A stretch of 64,000 nt of DNA from Callorhinchus milii (GCF_018977255.1 NW_024704742.1:25484001-25548000), one strand, 5' to 3'. Shown: positions 12,811-26,660, counted from the stretch's first letter. The notes: a model not told the origin generated them from the letters alone. Translations and numbers: made by a program.

Positions 12811-14319
12811 GGTGTCTACATCAGTTTGCACTCAGCAGACACAATGTGAGATGCTCTGTTAAGTGTAGAAAAAAGAGGAAATGGAAGTTCTGATATTTGT
12901 TCTGTAACACAAGAAAGTACAAGAGGGAATTATTAATATTTTACTGCTCTGCTGTTTGCAAATGGGGAAGACCACAAGTTTGTTTAAACAAAGGATCCTT
13001 TAATCTGCATTAAATACTTAACTGAGAATTGTATTTAATTCTTGCATTCTGTGAGTATGTGTTAATTATTAGGTTACAGCATTGCATTTATTCTGCCCTA
13101 CTTCACTCACTGAGGATCTCAAAGCTATTGCTGTTCTTAGTCAGGCTTCTTTGCACTGGTGAAACCACCGTAATCAAATCATTTAGTAAGCTGTTCTCGA
13201 AGGACTGGCTAGAAGCGGCTAACACAATGAAGGAATGGAGAAAAATGAAATGGGCTGACAGATTGTTCGATAAATAGTTATTGAATACATACTTGCAAAA
13301 TATAATCATTGCAATTCACAGTAAATTGTGTGAAACGCTTTGAGAAGTCTTTTGACGTGAAAGAGGTTTGATATCAAATACAAAGATTATTGTTACTTAT
13401 TATTAAATGAGAATTGGTGAGAAAAGAACAAAATACCAGGACATAATGAAAAACAAGATAAAAGGGATGCAAGAAAACAGTGCTGATAGGGTATATTTTG
13501 CTGCTCGGGTATCTGTTGCCAGGGTAATTTGGCGCTGATGTGCAACGCTGGATGGGTGGTTTGTTTGCAGCAGTAACAGTGAGATCTGGGGATGCGTCAT
13601 GAGATGAGATAGAAACCATTGGATAACAGGCTTCCAAATACAGCAATCGTAAACTGCAAGTTCGACTTCCAATTTGCGACAGAATGCGCAGGATTCGGTA
13701 ACAATTGTTGTTGAAACATAATCACCCCCGCCGAAAACCAGTAAAGCCTCTTTTATGGCCAGCATTTTGCTTTCCAACCTTTGACCAGACATTTTGAGAA
13801 ATGATTGGAAAGCAGATCACCAGCTACTTCACACATCAGAAGTGCAGGTGGCGGCTGGCACGTTTGAGGGTTATTAGAATATAAAATGTTTAGTAGGTGG
13901 CTATTGAGACTGAGATCATAATAACATTTGAATGAAAACTATGTTGAGTTGCTTTTTATAATAATAAATAGTAATGAATTACATTTGATGCAGTACCATT
14001 CACATCAGAAGCATGTCTCAAAGCGCTTCACAGGACATACTGTAAAGTAGTGACTGTATTTTGTAGATGACTGTCCAATAACTCAACAGTAGATTCAGAC
14101 ATGGAGGGCACTGGGGATTGGGATTTTAGTACTGCTGCTGGGGAAGAAGGCAAAGTAACTCTTCTGTGAGCTGTTGGGGGAAGACAACAAATGTATTTAC
14201 ATCTTTTAGAGGCCACTCGCTAACGCAGTTGCCCCCCCACCCACCCCACCTCCCTATGTTTTGCTAAGCTTACCTTCTATATATGGTTATATATACGTTA
14301 ATTCATTTAAGTACAAATT

Positions 14320-14595
14320 AGATAGATTTCTTTTAGAAAATAATATTTTGGGATACAGTATATGAGTAATTTGAGGTACGACATATATAGCAAATGTAGT
14401 AGCCTTGGAAGAACCAGACAACGTTGGATCTAAGGTTCCCAAAGTTTTCCACTGTGTTGTACACTAATGAATGAATTGCTATCCACATCACCATTATTTT
14501 AACATGATACTACTAGGATGATAGAGGGTGAACTGGATGGACCTTGGTCTTTTTTTCATCTCGCAGTTCCTATGTTCCTATGTTTCTTTGTTCCT
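14320..14595 (+). mobile_element. CR1-like LINE 3' end
   Basis: gatggaccttggtctt...ttcctatgttcctatgtt octamer-repeat tail. Confidence 0.7.
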
Positions 14596-15823
14596 TTGTT
14601 AAATTAGTTCTATAGACACTGGTGGTGGGGGGTGGGGGGGGAGGTGGAGGAGAGGGTGGAAATAGCTCAGAGGAGGGGGCTCTTCCAAGCTCGGGATGTG
14701 GGGGGGGAATGGGCACCACTGGATTGTGGTGGTCGTAATTGCAGTAGGGACATAATGGGTCACGTGGCCTCCCTACCTCCTGTGTACATTCTATGATTCT
14801 GGTCTGAAGATTTTCTTTGAAGATACTGTACTTATCTTGACAATTACAAAGATTTTAACGATTCCCCTCCTGAGAACAGCCTGGTTTTAGGCGATGCCCT
14901 CTCTAATAATTTCTTTCCATCTGTTCCCATTTACACTATCAATTTTTATATTGACAGGAAACTAGAAGCTGGAGGCTCCTGCTGGCGTATTTCCTGCCAA
15001 CATGAGGTTACTGGTGTGAAACCAGCATGAAAGCCCGAGTCCCAGATCCATGGGCTCCATGCCAATTGCTCCCTGCAGTAAATGTTCAGGTGGCACCAAG
15101 CCCTGTCAGTCTTGTGGAATTTCTGAATAGATATCTCATGTGTGGTTAATGCAGTGCTGTGAAAGACTTTGTTTCATCACATCCATCCTCTTTGTGTCTG
15201 TACACAGGTTTGCCGATGAAGATAGCTTACCCTCTTTCAGTGAATCATAACTTCCCTGTTGCCTTCCTTTTACCCCATTGAACCCGGGTGAAATGCCAAA
15301 CTCGCTCGCACTGGTTAGACAATGTCTGGGAGGATGCAAGTTAAATGTAATGTCCAGTCTTAGCTGCCTGGCAGCATTGCTGTGCAATTACTCAATCTCC
15401 AGGGGTGTAGGCAACCAAGTAGGAACTTATTCTTACTATTGATTCCAGTCCCAGCAAAATTGCTGTGCACAAGGCAGGCAAACCTGACTGTCCTTGTAAA
15501 CAGAAGCGGTGGTGTGTCTGCAGGGGATGGGGGAAAAGACAAAAAATGTTTAGTTAATGCTCCCCCATATCTAAGTCTAGTTGACTTACTAGAAAAAGCA
15601 GAGGTCCCAGTTCAAGAGCAGACAGTTTGTATTTTTGCCCCCAGTGTTTTTGTGCTGACTGTGACATTTCAAGTGAGAGAAAGATTGAGAAGGAACACTG
15701 CTTCCTTTATCTTTGCCAAGCAAAGTGATAGTCCAAAAAGGAGAGCTAGGAGCATTGATGAGAGATGCTTCCACTCGCTCAATATCCAGCACGAGTGAGG
15801 TTTCTACTGCAGATGCCACTAGT

Positions 15824-16121
15824 TAATAATAATAATAATGATAATAATAATAATAATAATCCTTGCATTTGATATAGCACTTTTTACGTCTTCTGACTGT
15901 ATATTTGTGGGTGAACACGGCAGCCAATTGCGCACAGCAGTGTCCCACAAACAGTCATGGATTGAAAATTACCAATTTATTATTGTTTTTTTGGGAGGGA
16001 TTATTATTAGGCGTGTGGAGTAAGGAAACTTGCCCAAAGTTTCGCCCTCTGCCTGGAATTGAACTCAGGTCTCTCACTTGCAAACCGAGTGCAAACCGAG
16101 CACTGAGCTACAGGACTCCAC
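15824..16121 (-). mobile_element. tRNA-derived SINE with (ATT)n tail
   Basis: Highly similar to the full copy at 51984-52313, with an internal deletion. Confidence 0.9.
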
Positions 16122-18869
16122 TTATTTGTGTCATGTCCTCCGTCCACCCAGTGAACCCATGTCTACCCAGAGCACCTCTGGTTGTGTAACTCCACAACGT
16201 AGCACTCATTGCATGCTAGTGTTCATGCTTTCAACAAGAACGATAGTGAAGATCCGTACTCCCATATAGTTCACCAGGCAGTCAGCTGGGAAGAGGGAAG
16301 GGGCAGCTGGAGAGGGATTTCAGTGGGGATTAGGGAGAGGGAGGCAAATATACACAAGAATTATGTTGCTGTCTCTTCACCCTCCTACTATTGTTGCCCT
16401 CTGCAATAATGGTGGGGGTGGTGAGGAGCCAACCACAGAATTTAGTGCTCAATGCCTCCTAGCAGGCTTCCTCAGATAATGGGAGCTATTTAAATCTAGA
16501 ACTCCTTTCTGCATTCATCTTCTTTTCCTCTTGTTATTGAGGCATTTCAAGCCTCAATCCTGGGCTCCACACCCACATCCTTGGAGCATGTCAACCTGCA
16601 GGGGCTATTACAGTCGGTTCATCTGCTGCTTCAGAAGCACAATGTGCTATTACCGAGGTGATGTATAGTTGTTAATATAACCCCGTTTACTAAAATGCAG
16701 GAACTCCTGGCGTGGGCAATGTTAAAATCGTAGAAGAAATAAAACACCAGATTTTGTCCCGTTTTTAACCAAAAAAAGGAAAGCAGATTGGCCTTGTGAC
16801 CCCTCTGAGAAGGAGTGGAATATATTTTGGGTGATGTAATTCACAGTTGCACACTCGGTTAGCGAGTTGCCATGGAAACAGGATACATTCTGCTGGAGAA
16901 TTACTTGTCTCCGACATCTCCCAGCCTGGTGCGAACATGCTCTGATGTCAGAAAATGGTGCTCATCATTAGCCAGAAAGGACTAACTCGTTATTATTTTA
17001 ATATTTTAAGGATTTTGTAGGTGCTTAAGCAGAGAGAGCCCAGGTTTTTACACTGAGAGTTGTTAAGAAGTTCTACCTGGAGCAGTGGTTGAGTAGAATC
17101 CTTGTTAGCTTTCAAAAGGGTATTAGATAAATAGCTGGAAAGCAGAAATATTTAAAAAGGTTTGCAGAAAAGATAGGGGAGTTTACTCACCAAAAATACT
17201 CACAGTCACACCACTTTACAGTACCTGTATATCCTTTGAAGCGCTTCGAGATTTGTCGATAACGCAATGAGGTACTGTATCAAATGTAAGGATTATTATA
17301 GAATGGGACTAAATGAATAGCTCTTTCAGAGATCCAGCACAGGCACAATGGGCCTAATGGCCTCTGTGATGCAAATTTCTATATTCTACGGATTTTAAGG
17401 TTACACTTTTCCAAGAAATGGGAGTCGCAGGGAAGAGCAGAGGAGGGAGTATCTCCTGGGGTGCTGGCAACAATCCTCCAGGTAAATTAGTCACTCACTT
17501 CATGACTGTCTGTGGGTCATTGCTGTGCACAAATCGACTGCCATTCCTCACAGTATTTACCAGTGAAGCACTTTAGAGTGTTTTGACATTATAGGTACAC
17601 TATCAGATGCAATGATTATTACTCATTATTAACTGAAACCCCGTGAACTGATTTGCTATAGTATGATAGGAAATTACACACAGCTTCTACTTAGAGTCTT
17701 AAACCCCTTTGTTTATTGATGAGCAACGAGGCTTCAACACCAGGGCTGATTTTACAGGAGCAATAATCCAGTGGGTCTTATAGAATGACTGAAAGAGAGG
17801 CTCTTCTCATTGGCAAAAGGCAGGAAACAGAAGCACAGGCACACAAGGGGAATATCTGTATGCACCGAGAGCCTGGTAAACAGCACAATGTACCGCCACA
17901 ACAGTAATAGGATTAGCGAGCTCAATGCTAGAAAATTATAATCCCCCATAATGGATTTACAATGAGTGGCTCCAGCTCTCTAGCCCCATCCGGGGTGCTG
18001 CAGTCAGGCTGCCTATTGTGCAAATCTGTGTGTTTCTAGCACAGACAGGCAGCCCAGTTAGAGCTTCTCCTGCAGCCAGTGTGTGCATATGTCACCAGCC
18101 ACACGTCATCAAAGCGGCATGACCACCCCGTGCCTCCCGGCCAGCTCCCGGGCTGCCTCCATGCGCATGTTTGACAAGTGCCTCTTCAGTCAAAGGCCCA
18201 ACTTTGATTTACACTGTCAATCGTGGCCCAGGGTCCTGGCAGCCTGGCTGTGAAAGAAAGAATGTGTGTTTTATAATGCCATATTACGCTGAAATGTCTC
18301 AAAGTGCTTCACAAGTAATCACTGTCAAGTCTAATGAGTGTTTATGTAGAGAAACATAGCAGCTATTGGCACCAGCAAAGTCCCACAAATAGCCACGAAT
18401 GGAATGACCATTCACTCCAGAGAATTATTGGTCAGGACATTGGGAGAAAGTACCTTTACTTTTCGAATTGTGTTGTGGGAATTATTAAATTTCACCTGAG
18501 CAGGCAGGCAAGACCTCAGTTTAATGTCTTACCTGAAAGGCGATATCTCCGGCATCACTTTTGCCAGTTTAATTCTTGGAACGTTTACTGAAGCGTCCTT
18601 TGGATTGCCTGTGCACTGTCTCTGCTGAATGAGTTGCATGCAATTACATGAGCTTCAGTGTGCGGTTATTCTCAACATTAGAGTCAGCAGCACAAAGTGG
18701 TCATCCAAAGCTCTGGTAATACTCAACTCAATAATATCTGTTTGAGCAGCGTGATCTGATGACAAACTATACTGGAGCTCAGAGCTGAGGTCACGTTCAG
18801 TAGGTTCCAATAGCATTTCAGGTGACAGCCTTGGCAGCGGCTGAAAATCCATTTGTGCTACACTCCCAA

Positions 18870-19088
18870 ATAAGAACATAGGAATATAGGAACAGGAGTA
18901 GGGCATTCAGCTCCTCAAACCTGTTCCGCCATTCTATTGGATCATGGCTGATTTGTACCTCAGCTGCATTTACCCACCTTTGCCCTATATCCCTTGATAC
19001 TCTGACCTAACAAAAGTCTATCCACCTCAGTCTTAAACATTTTAATGGATCCAGCACCCACAGCCTTTTGGGGAGAGAGTTCTAGATT
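18870..19088 (-). mobile_element. CR1 (HER1-like) LINE 3' end
   Basis: aagaacataggaatataggaacaggagtaggg...atcatggctgat antisense tail. Confidence 0.8.
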
Positions 19089-19307
19089 TAAATAGCTCCT
19101 TCATAATTTTGGATGTTGAAATGGACAGCCCCGGAACTTTGTTGGCCATGTTGATATAATTAACCTGCTGATTGCGCTCCTGTGCCCTGAAATTCTACCT
19201 GATCCAAGCTTGTGAAAACATTTTGTCTTGAAATTTAAGATCTCGCAGAATCGTGGACAATTTTTATATTCAGTCTTGATTTCAAAGTCAGTTCATTTTA
19301 AGAATTT

Positions 19308-20414
19308 TTAGAGTTTTTTGATGAAGTAACGGAGAGAGTGGATGAAGCTAGTGCACTTGATGTAGTTTGTATGAATTTTCAAAAGGCATTTGATAAAGTG
19401 CCACATAAGAGACTTGTAAGCAAAATAGAAGCCCACGGTATTAAAGGGTCAGTGGCAGCATGGATGCATTGGCTGGGAGACAGAAAGCAGATTTTCGGTT
19501 GATTTTCTTACTGGAGGGAAGTGTACAGTGGTGTCCCCCAGGGGTCAGTATTGGGACCACTGCTGTATTTTGATCTATATAAATGACCTGGACTTGGGTA
19601 TAGGGAGTACAATTTCCAAGTTTGCAAATGATATTAAGCTGGGAAAAGTAGTAAACAGTGAGGAGGATAGTAGCAGACTGTAAGAGGATATAGATAGACT
19701 GGTAAAATGGGCAGACACGTGGCAGATGAAGTTTAATGTGGAGAAATGCAAGGTGATGCATTTTGGGAGGAAGAATGAGGAGAGGCAATACAAGCTGATG
19801 GTAGAATCTTAAATGAGGTGAAGGAACAGAGAGACCTGGCTTTATAAATAGGGACATAGAATAAAAAGCCAGGAAGTTATGATGAACCTTTATAAAACAC
19901 TGGTTAGGCCTTAGCTAGAGCACTGTGTTCAGTTCTGGGCACCACACTTTAGGAAGGATGTCAAAGCATTGGAGAGAGTGCCAAGGAGATTTACCATGGT
20001 GATACCAGGAATGAGGGCTTTCAGTTATCAGGAGAGGCGAGAGAAGCCAGGATTATTCTCCTTGGAGCAGAGAAGGTTAAGAGGAGATTTAATAAAAGTT
20101 TTCAAAATTCTGAGGGGATTTGACAGGGTGAACAAGGAGAAATGATTTCCACTGGTGGGTGGGTCAGTAACCCAAGGACACCGATTTTAAATAGTTGTTG
20201 AAAGAAACAGAGAGGAGGTGAAAAGAAATGTTTTCACACAGCAAGTTGTTCAGATCTGGAATGCATTGCCTGGAAAGATGGTGGAAGCTGATTCAATACG
20301 AACTTTTAAGAGAGAAGTAGATAATTATTTGGGGAGGACAAGTTTGGGCAACCGGCACAGACACGATGGGATGAATGGCCTCCTTCCTTGCTGTATGATT
20401 CTATGAATCTATGA
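19308..20414 (+). mobile_element. 5'-truncated CR1 LINE (RT domain + tail), decayed
   Basis: EFFDEVTERVDE...FQKAFDKVPHKRL, SGVPQGSVLGPLL, KFAND, WQMKFNVEKCKVMHFG; stops/frameshifts; (attctatg)n-type tail. Confidence 0.92.
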
Positions 20415-21974
20415 AGATCTTCTGAAAAATGACTTCCTAATAAAGGTTTGAGAATTTTCCAAAGAAGTCTGTGCAACATTAAATTTTAAGTCAAAATGGT
20501 TAGATCTCTAACTCCTTAATAATCATTACGTTTGATGAAATATCTTTCACATCTGGAGGACACCTCAAAGCACTTCACAAGATTTATTGAAACTGTAGTG
20601 ACTGTGTATTTTGTAGGGAAGCACAACAGCCAATTCATGCACAAATTAATTGATTTTTTTTACATCTTTTTCAAATAAAAATTGGGGCCTAATATCGGGG
20701 TTCTGCAGATGTGTTAATCCTAGATCTCTGCTCAGTCCCCAGGTAGACTAGGAAAAAGTAAGTTGTGAATTTATGCAGTTTGGTTCCATAGAATGCCCAG
20801 TTAAATTTATTCCTCAAGCCTATTACCCTTTGAGTAAAACAGACCCACTATCCCGCGCAGTTTCACCTGACTTCCTCCTCACTCCTAACTTCTTAATTTT
20901 AATTTGTGTCCCCTGGTATGTGAACCCTTGAAAGTGGATAAGTTTTCAATAACTTCGTCACTCTCCTTCGTGATCTTGAAAACTTCAAGTAGGTCATCTC
21001 ACAGTCTCCTCCTTTTGAAACAAAAAACAGCGTTTCTTCACAATTATTATAACAATTAACTTCAATTCTAATCTTTAATTGCTTGTGTCCTCACCCGCTC
21101 AAGAGAAATGCTGGGGTCTAATTTGGTATATTCCCAACTTGGTTTTAGTTGCATATGTCACTAATGTTGTGATGTTATCAAATCCAAAGTTAGTAAAGTC
21201 TGAATGAGACCACTGAGCAACAATCGGACAGAGGCCTTGTTCACCTTGTTTTTTTTTAACTTTGCCTTTGACATTTGGATTGGGATTTTTGACCCATTGG
21301 CTGTGAATTTCACAAACCGAAAGCTGCAAGTAACGCATCAAATCAAGTTGCAAACCCCCAAATTGGATCCCAAAGTGATTTGGTAAGCAGAAGTACACCT
21401 AGCACCCGCCTGGCTTGTTATTGACTAGACTCTTAGATTGCATTTTATTAATGGGACTATATGGGGTGGGTTTGGGGTGAGAAGAGAGGTAGAGGTAAAG
21501 AGAGATCTTTTGAAGCTGAACTTGTTTCTCAGTGGCACACGTGATAATGAAAGATCAAAATCAAGTCAATCCTCTGTGATGGTCATAATAGTCCAATACC
21601 TGAGCCAGGTATACTCACAGGACTGTAAGGCACTCTTAGCAATGGACCAGCCAACCTGACGTGTTGGCAGGACTTGAAGGAATAGTCTATTCACTGGGGG
21701 CTGGGATTCTTCCTATTTGCCTTCTGCAAGTCAAACCTAGCCGAAGAAATAGTGCGAAGCTTACTCATGTTGTGCTCTGGAATGGTAGGCTGTGTGGTGT
21801 TGCTTATTAAACTCCAGCAGTGCCCCCTGTGAACAATCTGGGTTCCCCAAGTCTTGACTCTTGCCAACTCGTGCCTAAACTCTCTGGCAATAGGATGCCT
21901 CTCTTTGGGGAGAGAGTGCTCAGTCCTGTCCAGACAAATGGAAACCACACATATGCGGACGTCTCAATACTTTG

Positions 21975-22270
21975 CACAACCAGGTCTGGCCTCCTCCTTG
22001 TCCCCCGAATCCTCCGCTCCACCATTGACGGCCGTGCCTTCAGCCACTACTCCCCGAGACTCTGGAGCTCCCTTCCTCACTCCGTTCACCTCGCCCCCTC
22101 TCTTCCTATTTTCAGTTCTTGGCTGAAGACCTTTCTTTTCGACCACGCCTTTGGTCACCTTCTTACCCCTCCCCCTGGCTCGGCCCCGGAATCTGTTACT
22201 GTGAAGCGCTCTGAGACACCGTCCGGTGTGGAGGGCGCTATATAAATCCAAGTTTTTGTTGTTGTTGTTG
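21975..22270 (+). mobile_element. L2-like LINE 3' end, young subfamily
   Basis: Near-identical to 26380-26660 (ggctcggccccgg...gagggcgctatataaat...(ttg)n). Confidence 0.88.
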
Positions 22271-23533
22271 TACTTTGATTTGGAGACTCTTAAGCATAGT
22301 AATATTAGTAGATTTTCACATGTATCAGAACCAAAAAAAAAGCAATAAGATAGTTATCGCATTATATATTGCAGTTTTCACCCTAAAGTCTCATGACCTG
22401 AACTTTATCTGTACACAGGAGATCAGGCACTGAAGATTTGGTTTCACATTTTTTCTTCATTTTTCACTGCCACTAAATCATCATGCTGTCATTATCCTGG
22501 CCTCATTTATTTATGTATTTTTGCATATGCCTAACTCACTATTCCTGATAACTGGTCATTGAGCCCTTTTCCCTTAGAGTGACGAGTTATCACGAGTTTA
22601 CTGTATATTTATTGGTTTGCTGACTCGTGATCCCTCTGGCTATATCTTGTATTTCTATAGCACCTTTAATATAAAGCCCACAAAATATACTTTACAGTAT
22701 ATTCTGTGAAGTGCTTTGAGATGTCTCGAAGATGTGATACGGCGCTATATCAAGTGCAAAGATTATTATTATTTATTCATATATAGGAACATCAGCTTAA
22801 ACAGAGATTCTGTTTAACAGAGATTCCCAACTAGATCCTGCACTTATCTGTCTATCACTTTGAAGGAGTGAAATGATGGAGAAAAGAACTGTTTCCTTTG
22901 GGAGTCTGCCCCATATATCCAGACGAAAAATAGCAAGAACAATATTCTTCCAATCTCCAATCCCACTTTTTATAACATATGTCCTCTACTCTCTGCTTGG
23001 TTGACCTCTGGTGGACAGTCACCATGATGTTCTGACTTCAAAAGACCTAATTTCCTCAGCTGTAATTTCTATTGCAGTCATGGCCCAAAATCCAGCAAAC
23101 GTTGTAACATTGTAATTGAATTTTGCTCTGCTGGAGGTTGACTTCAGTTCAGCATGACTAAAGTGCCCTCGTTTTAAAAGAATGCCTGTCATCAGACTTT
23201 AGTTAGAGCACACACACTCACCCTCCCAACAACACCATCCCTCCTCCCCCCGCAGATTTCTAAATTTAAGTCTCAGTGATGCATGACTAGGAGGTTGATC
23301 AGGTCATACAGATAACAATTCTTTGTTCCGCTTTGCCCAGTGTTAGTCAATTTGCTCCATTTCATTACTAGAAATTAAGCTTTAGACTGTCACCAGGTTC
23401 AGGGCAATTCCCTCGCTGGACCAACTGGTTTTACACATTTCCAGCTCACATATTGCGGAGTAAACAAGGCGTTCTCTGGAAATAGTGAACAGCACACACT
23501 TACATCCCTGAACTGTACAAACAAAGTGTAATA

Positions 23534-23940
23534 CAGTAAACTCCTGGTTTATCAGACTCCGAGTATCCGGAATTCACACCTAGCCAGACCCGGCATGAAA
23601 CGGAAAAATTAAAAATAATTCTGTGGACCCGTGTCTGTGTAAACTTCCACCAGTCCACTTTCCTAGTGTGTGCTCCACCTCACCATGCTTGCTGGCCTTC
23701 AGTGACCAGGAATATTGACTTGGACTTAGTTTGAATACCGCAAAGAGAAAGACAGCTTATTCACTATCTTCTGCTCGCAGGATTCAAACAATTACACTGA
23801 TGCTGCCAGTATTTACTGGTATTTTTCAGCACTGAAAAAAACAGGACTGAAAAAAAGCTGTGAATGCTGGTACCGGTATTGTAATTACACTTAGCCTGAT
23901 CGGATCTCCCCCATTAGTCCGACCAGATGGGGTTTAAATG
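23534..23940. mobile_element. Tigger/pogo-like DNA transposon relic
   Basis: TA|CAGTAAACTCCTGGTTTATC start typical of Tc1/mariner-pogo TIRs; degenerate opposite end ccattagtccg...ggggttt. Confidence 0.45.
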
Positions 23941-24756
23941 GAATAAATAAATCTACTTTAATGTCAAGTCTGGCTTCTTTATTGTGATTGCGATGCAGTT
24001 TCTGCAGTTCGACTGACACACACACACTGATCATCAGAAGGAGTCCTTGTTTGTATGACTCAGATTCCATATTAAGGAATCCCTTTAGGTTTTAGACCCA
24101 TTAATAAAAACAATTGTTACTTATGAACAATGTTGGGACCTCACATTTATGATTGCAGCCTCGTAGGTGTTTACAATATGAAAGGTGAGATTTCACAGGA
24201 TATATATATAGAATTGCTACTTTCCAACATTGCTTGGAATCTTTTGTGTAATTATATATCCTGCTATTGCTTTAACCTGAAATTGGTATTACTTTAATAA
24301 ATAGTAGGTCATTAAGATTGAAAGTCAATGATACTTTCTCGGGCACAATAATGTTACAACTATTACAGCAAATTTAAGAGCCTTTATTTCTCTGCAAAGT
24401 GGTTGAATATTGCATGTTATTAAACATTCTTATTGTTATCTTTTTACACTAACAGCATGTCCAAAATTCTCTCAGTGAACAATGCTTTGGATGCTGACAA
24501 TCTTTGAATTCTAATTCTTTTGCTGCTTTTAATTTATGGGAGATAAAATGCGATTATTTGTAGACTGGAGGCATTGTGTTAATTCTAGCTTCCAGATCGT
24601 GATTCGCATATTTCAAGACAAACATACATTAATGTTCCGAAAGTCAGCAAGAGCCATAAAAAAGCCATAGCTTCAAAATTCTGACTCACAAGTTGCAAAT
24701 AACATAACAAAACTGTTTTCAAAATATCACATTCTGCGCTGCATTGCTTCTGTATG

Positions 24757-25195
24757 TCAGCCTGGCTCAGTCGGTAGCATTCTCACCTCTGAGCCAGAAA
24801 GTTGTGGCTCAAGCCTCATGTCAGGACTTTGAACTCACAGTCTACACTGACACTTCAGTGTAGTGCTTGGGTGTGCCAAGTTGTTCCAATGGAGTCCTTT
24901 GGATGAGACGTAAAACCGAGGTCCTTCTGCCTCTTCAGGTGGATGTTAAAGATCCCATGGCATGTTTCGAAAGAGAAGGGAGTTTCTCCTGGTGTCCTGG
25001 CCAACAATCCTCCAAATAAAACTGGTCACTCACGCCATGGCTGTTTATGGGATTATGCTGAGAGCAAATTGGCTGCCACATTCACCCATAAAATACATAG
25101 TCACACCACTTTACAATATATCCTGTGAAGCACTTTGAGACATCTCGACAATGTGATAAGGTGCTATATCAAATACAAAGATTATTATTTATTAT
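24757..25195 (+). mobile_element. Near full-length Deu-domain SINE (SacSINE1/AmnSINE1-type superfamily)
   Basis: tRNA head, Deu core ggatgagacgtaaaaccgaggtcc...gttaaagatcccatggca...ggtgtcctggccaa, L2-like tail with (att)n. Confidence 0.88.
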
Positions 25196-25639
25196 TAAGT
25201 AATTTGGCATTGTTTATATTAATGGCCTAAAATTTACATGGTACAATAACCTGTCTGATAGTTTTTTGTGCTGAACTTAATATGTTTTGTATTGCAAGAT
25301 ACCTAGATCTTGTCTCAGGTTTGTAATGGTGGTTGAGGTTGTAAATAGATGTGACAAATTGGATGGATTGTAGTCTTCTCCAGTTGGCTCTTTTCATAAC
25401 TAGCACTCTTGCTATATTCAAGCTCTAAATAGATCTCCAACACACATGCACAAACATCTGTAACAACTCACTATTCTGCAATGAAAGCCTGTTGATCTTG
25501 TTTCCTGCTGATGAGCGCAATGCAAGACATTATTCCTATTGACTGTAGTAATAACCGCATCAAAGTACATAATAATAACGCTTGCGCTTAATTTGATAAT
25601 GTTGATACGTTTCAAAATACTTTACAGTAATTACTGTTA

Positions 25640-26660
25640 CTGTTAAAAGCCTTCCCTTGACTCATCCCTACTCCCCAGCTATTGACCCATCTCTAACCTC
25701 CCATTCCTCTCCAAGGCCCTGGAACGAGTCATCCTTGACTCTCTCCTCTTTCTAATCTATATGCTCCCTCTTGGGGATGTCATCCGCAGACATGGGGTAC
25801 ACTTCCACATGTATGTGGACAACATCCAACTCTATTTTTCTACCTCACTTTGTGACCCCCAGCCCCCTGATGTTCTGTCAGCCTGCCTGTCAGACATCAG
25901 GAGCTGGATGAGCGCGAATTTCCTTCAGCTAAATGTTGACAAGACGGAAGCCATACTCTTTGGCTCTCGTCAGCGTCTTAAATTGCATGATTCTCACCTT
26001 CTCCACCTACCCGACCTCCCACTAAAACTCTCCGAACCCATACGCAACCTAGGCTTCAGGTTCGATCCCCAATTATCCTTCCTCCCCCACATCCGGTCCC
26101 TCACCAGCACCGCTTTCTTCCACCTCCAACGCATCGCCTGTCTCCGCCAATACCTCACCCCAAAAGCCGCCGAAACTCTGCCCCCTGCATTCTTACCCGC
26201 ACCAACCTGTGGTCCCCAATTACCCCAGTCCTTGCCAGACTGCACTGGCTGCCTGTCCCAGAGAGGATCGACTTCAAGATGCTCACTCTTGTCTTCAAAT
26301 CCCTTCACTTCTCTGCACCCCCCCTACCTCTCTGACCTCCTCTCTCCTCGCAACAGTGCCCATTGCCCTCCCTCCACTGGGTCTGGTCTCCTCCTTGTCC
26401 CCCGAATCCTCCACTCCACCCTCAGCGGCTGTGCCTTCAGCCACTATGCCCCAAGTTTCTGGAACTGCCTTCCTCATTCCCTTTGCCTTGCTCCCTCTCT
26501 TCCTATTTTCAGGTCTTGGCTGAAGACTTTTCTTTTCAACCGTGACTTTGGTCACCTTCTTCCCCCTCCCCCTGGCTCGGCCCCGGGATCCGTTACCGTG
26601 AAGCACTCTGAGACACCGTCCGGCATGGAGGGCGCTATATAAATTCAAGTTGTTGTTGTT
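25640..26660 (+). mobile_element. L2-like LINE RT/3' fragment (includes the 293-aa ORF)
   Basis: MLPLGDVIRRHGVHFHMYVDNIQLY (degenerate YADD), WMSANFLQLNVDKTE, RNLG; internal deletions/frameshift; (ttg)n tail. Confidence 0.9.

Noticed and set aside
22575..23560. Pair of Tigger-like termini (…gagtttactgta at ~22605 and tacagtaaactc at 23532) as one transposon
   Set aside because: They face outward, so they cannot be the two TIRs of one element.
25761..26642. Longest ORF (293 aa) as a host gene or active reverse transcriptase
   Set aside because: It is an L2 ORF2 remnant: catalytic YADD is degenerate (YVDN), the N-terminal RT is deleted, and it shifts frame.
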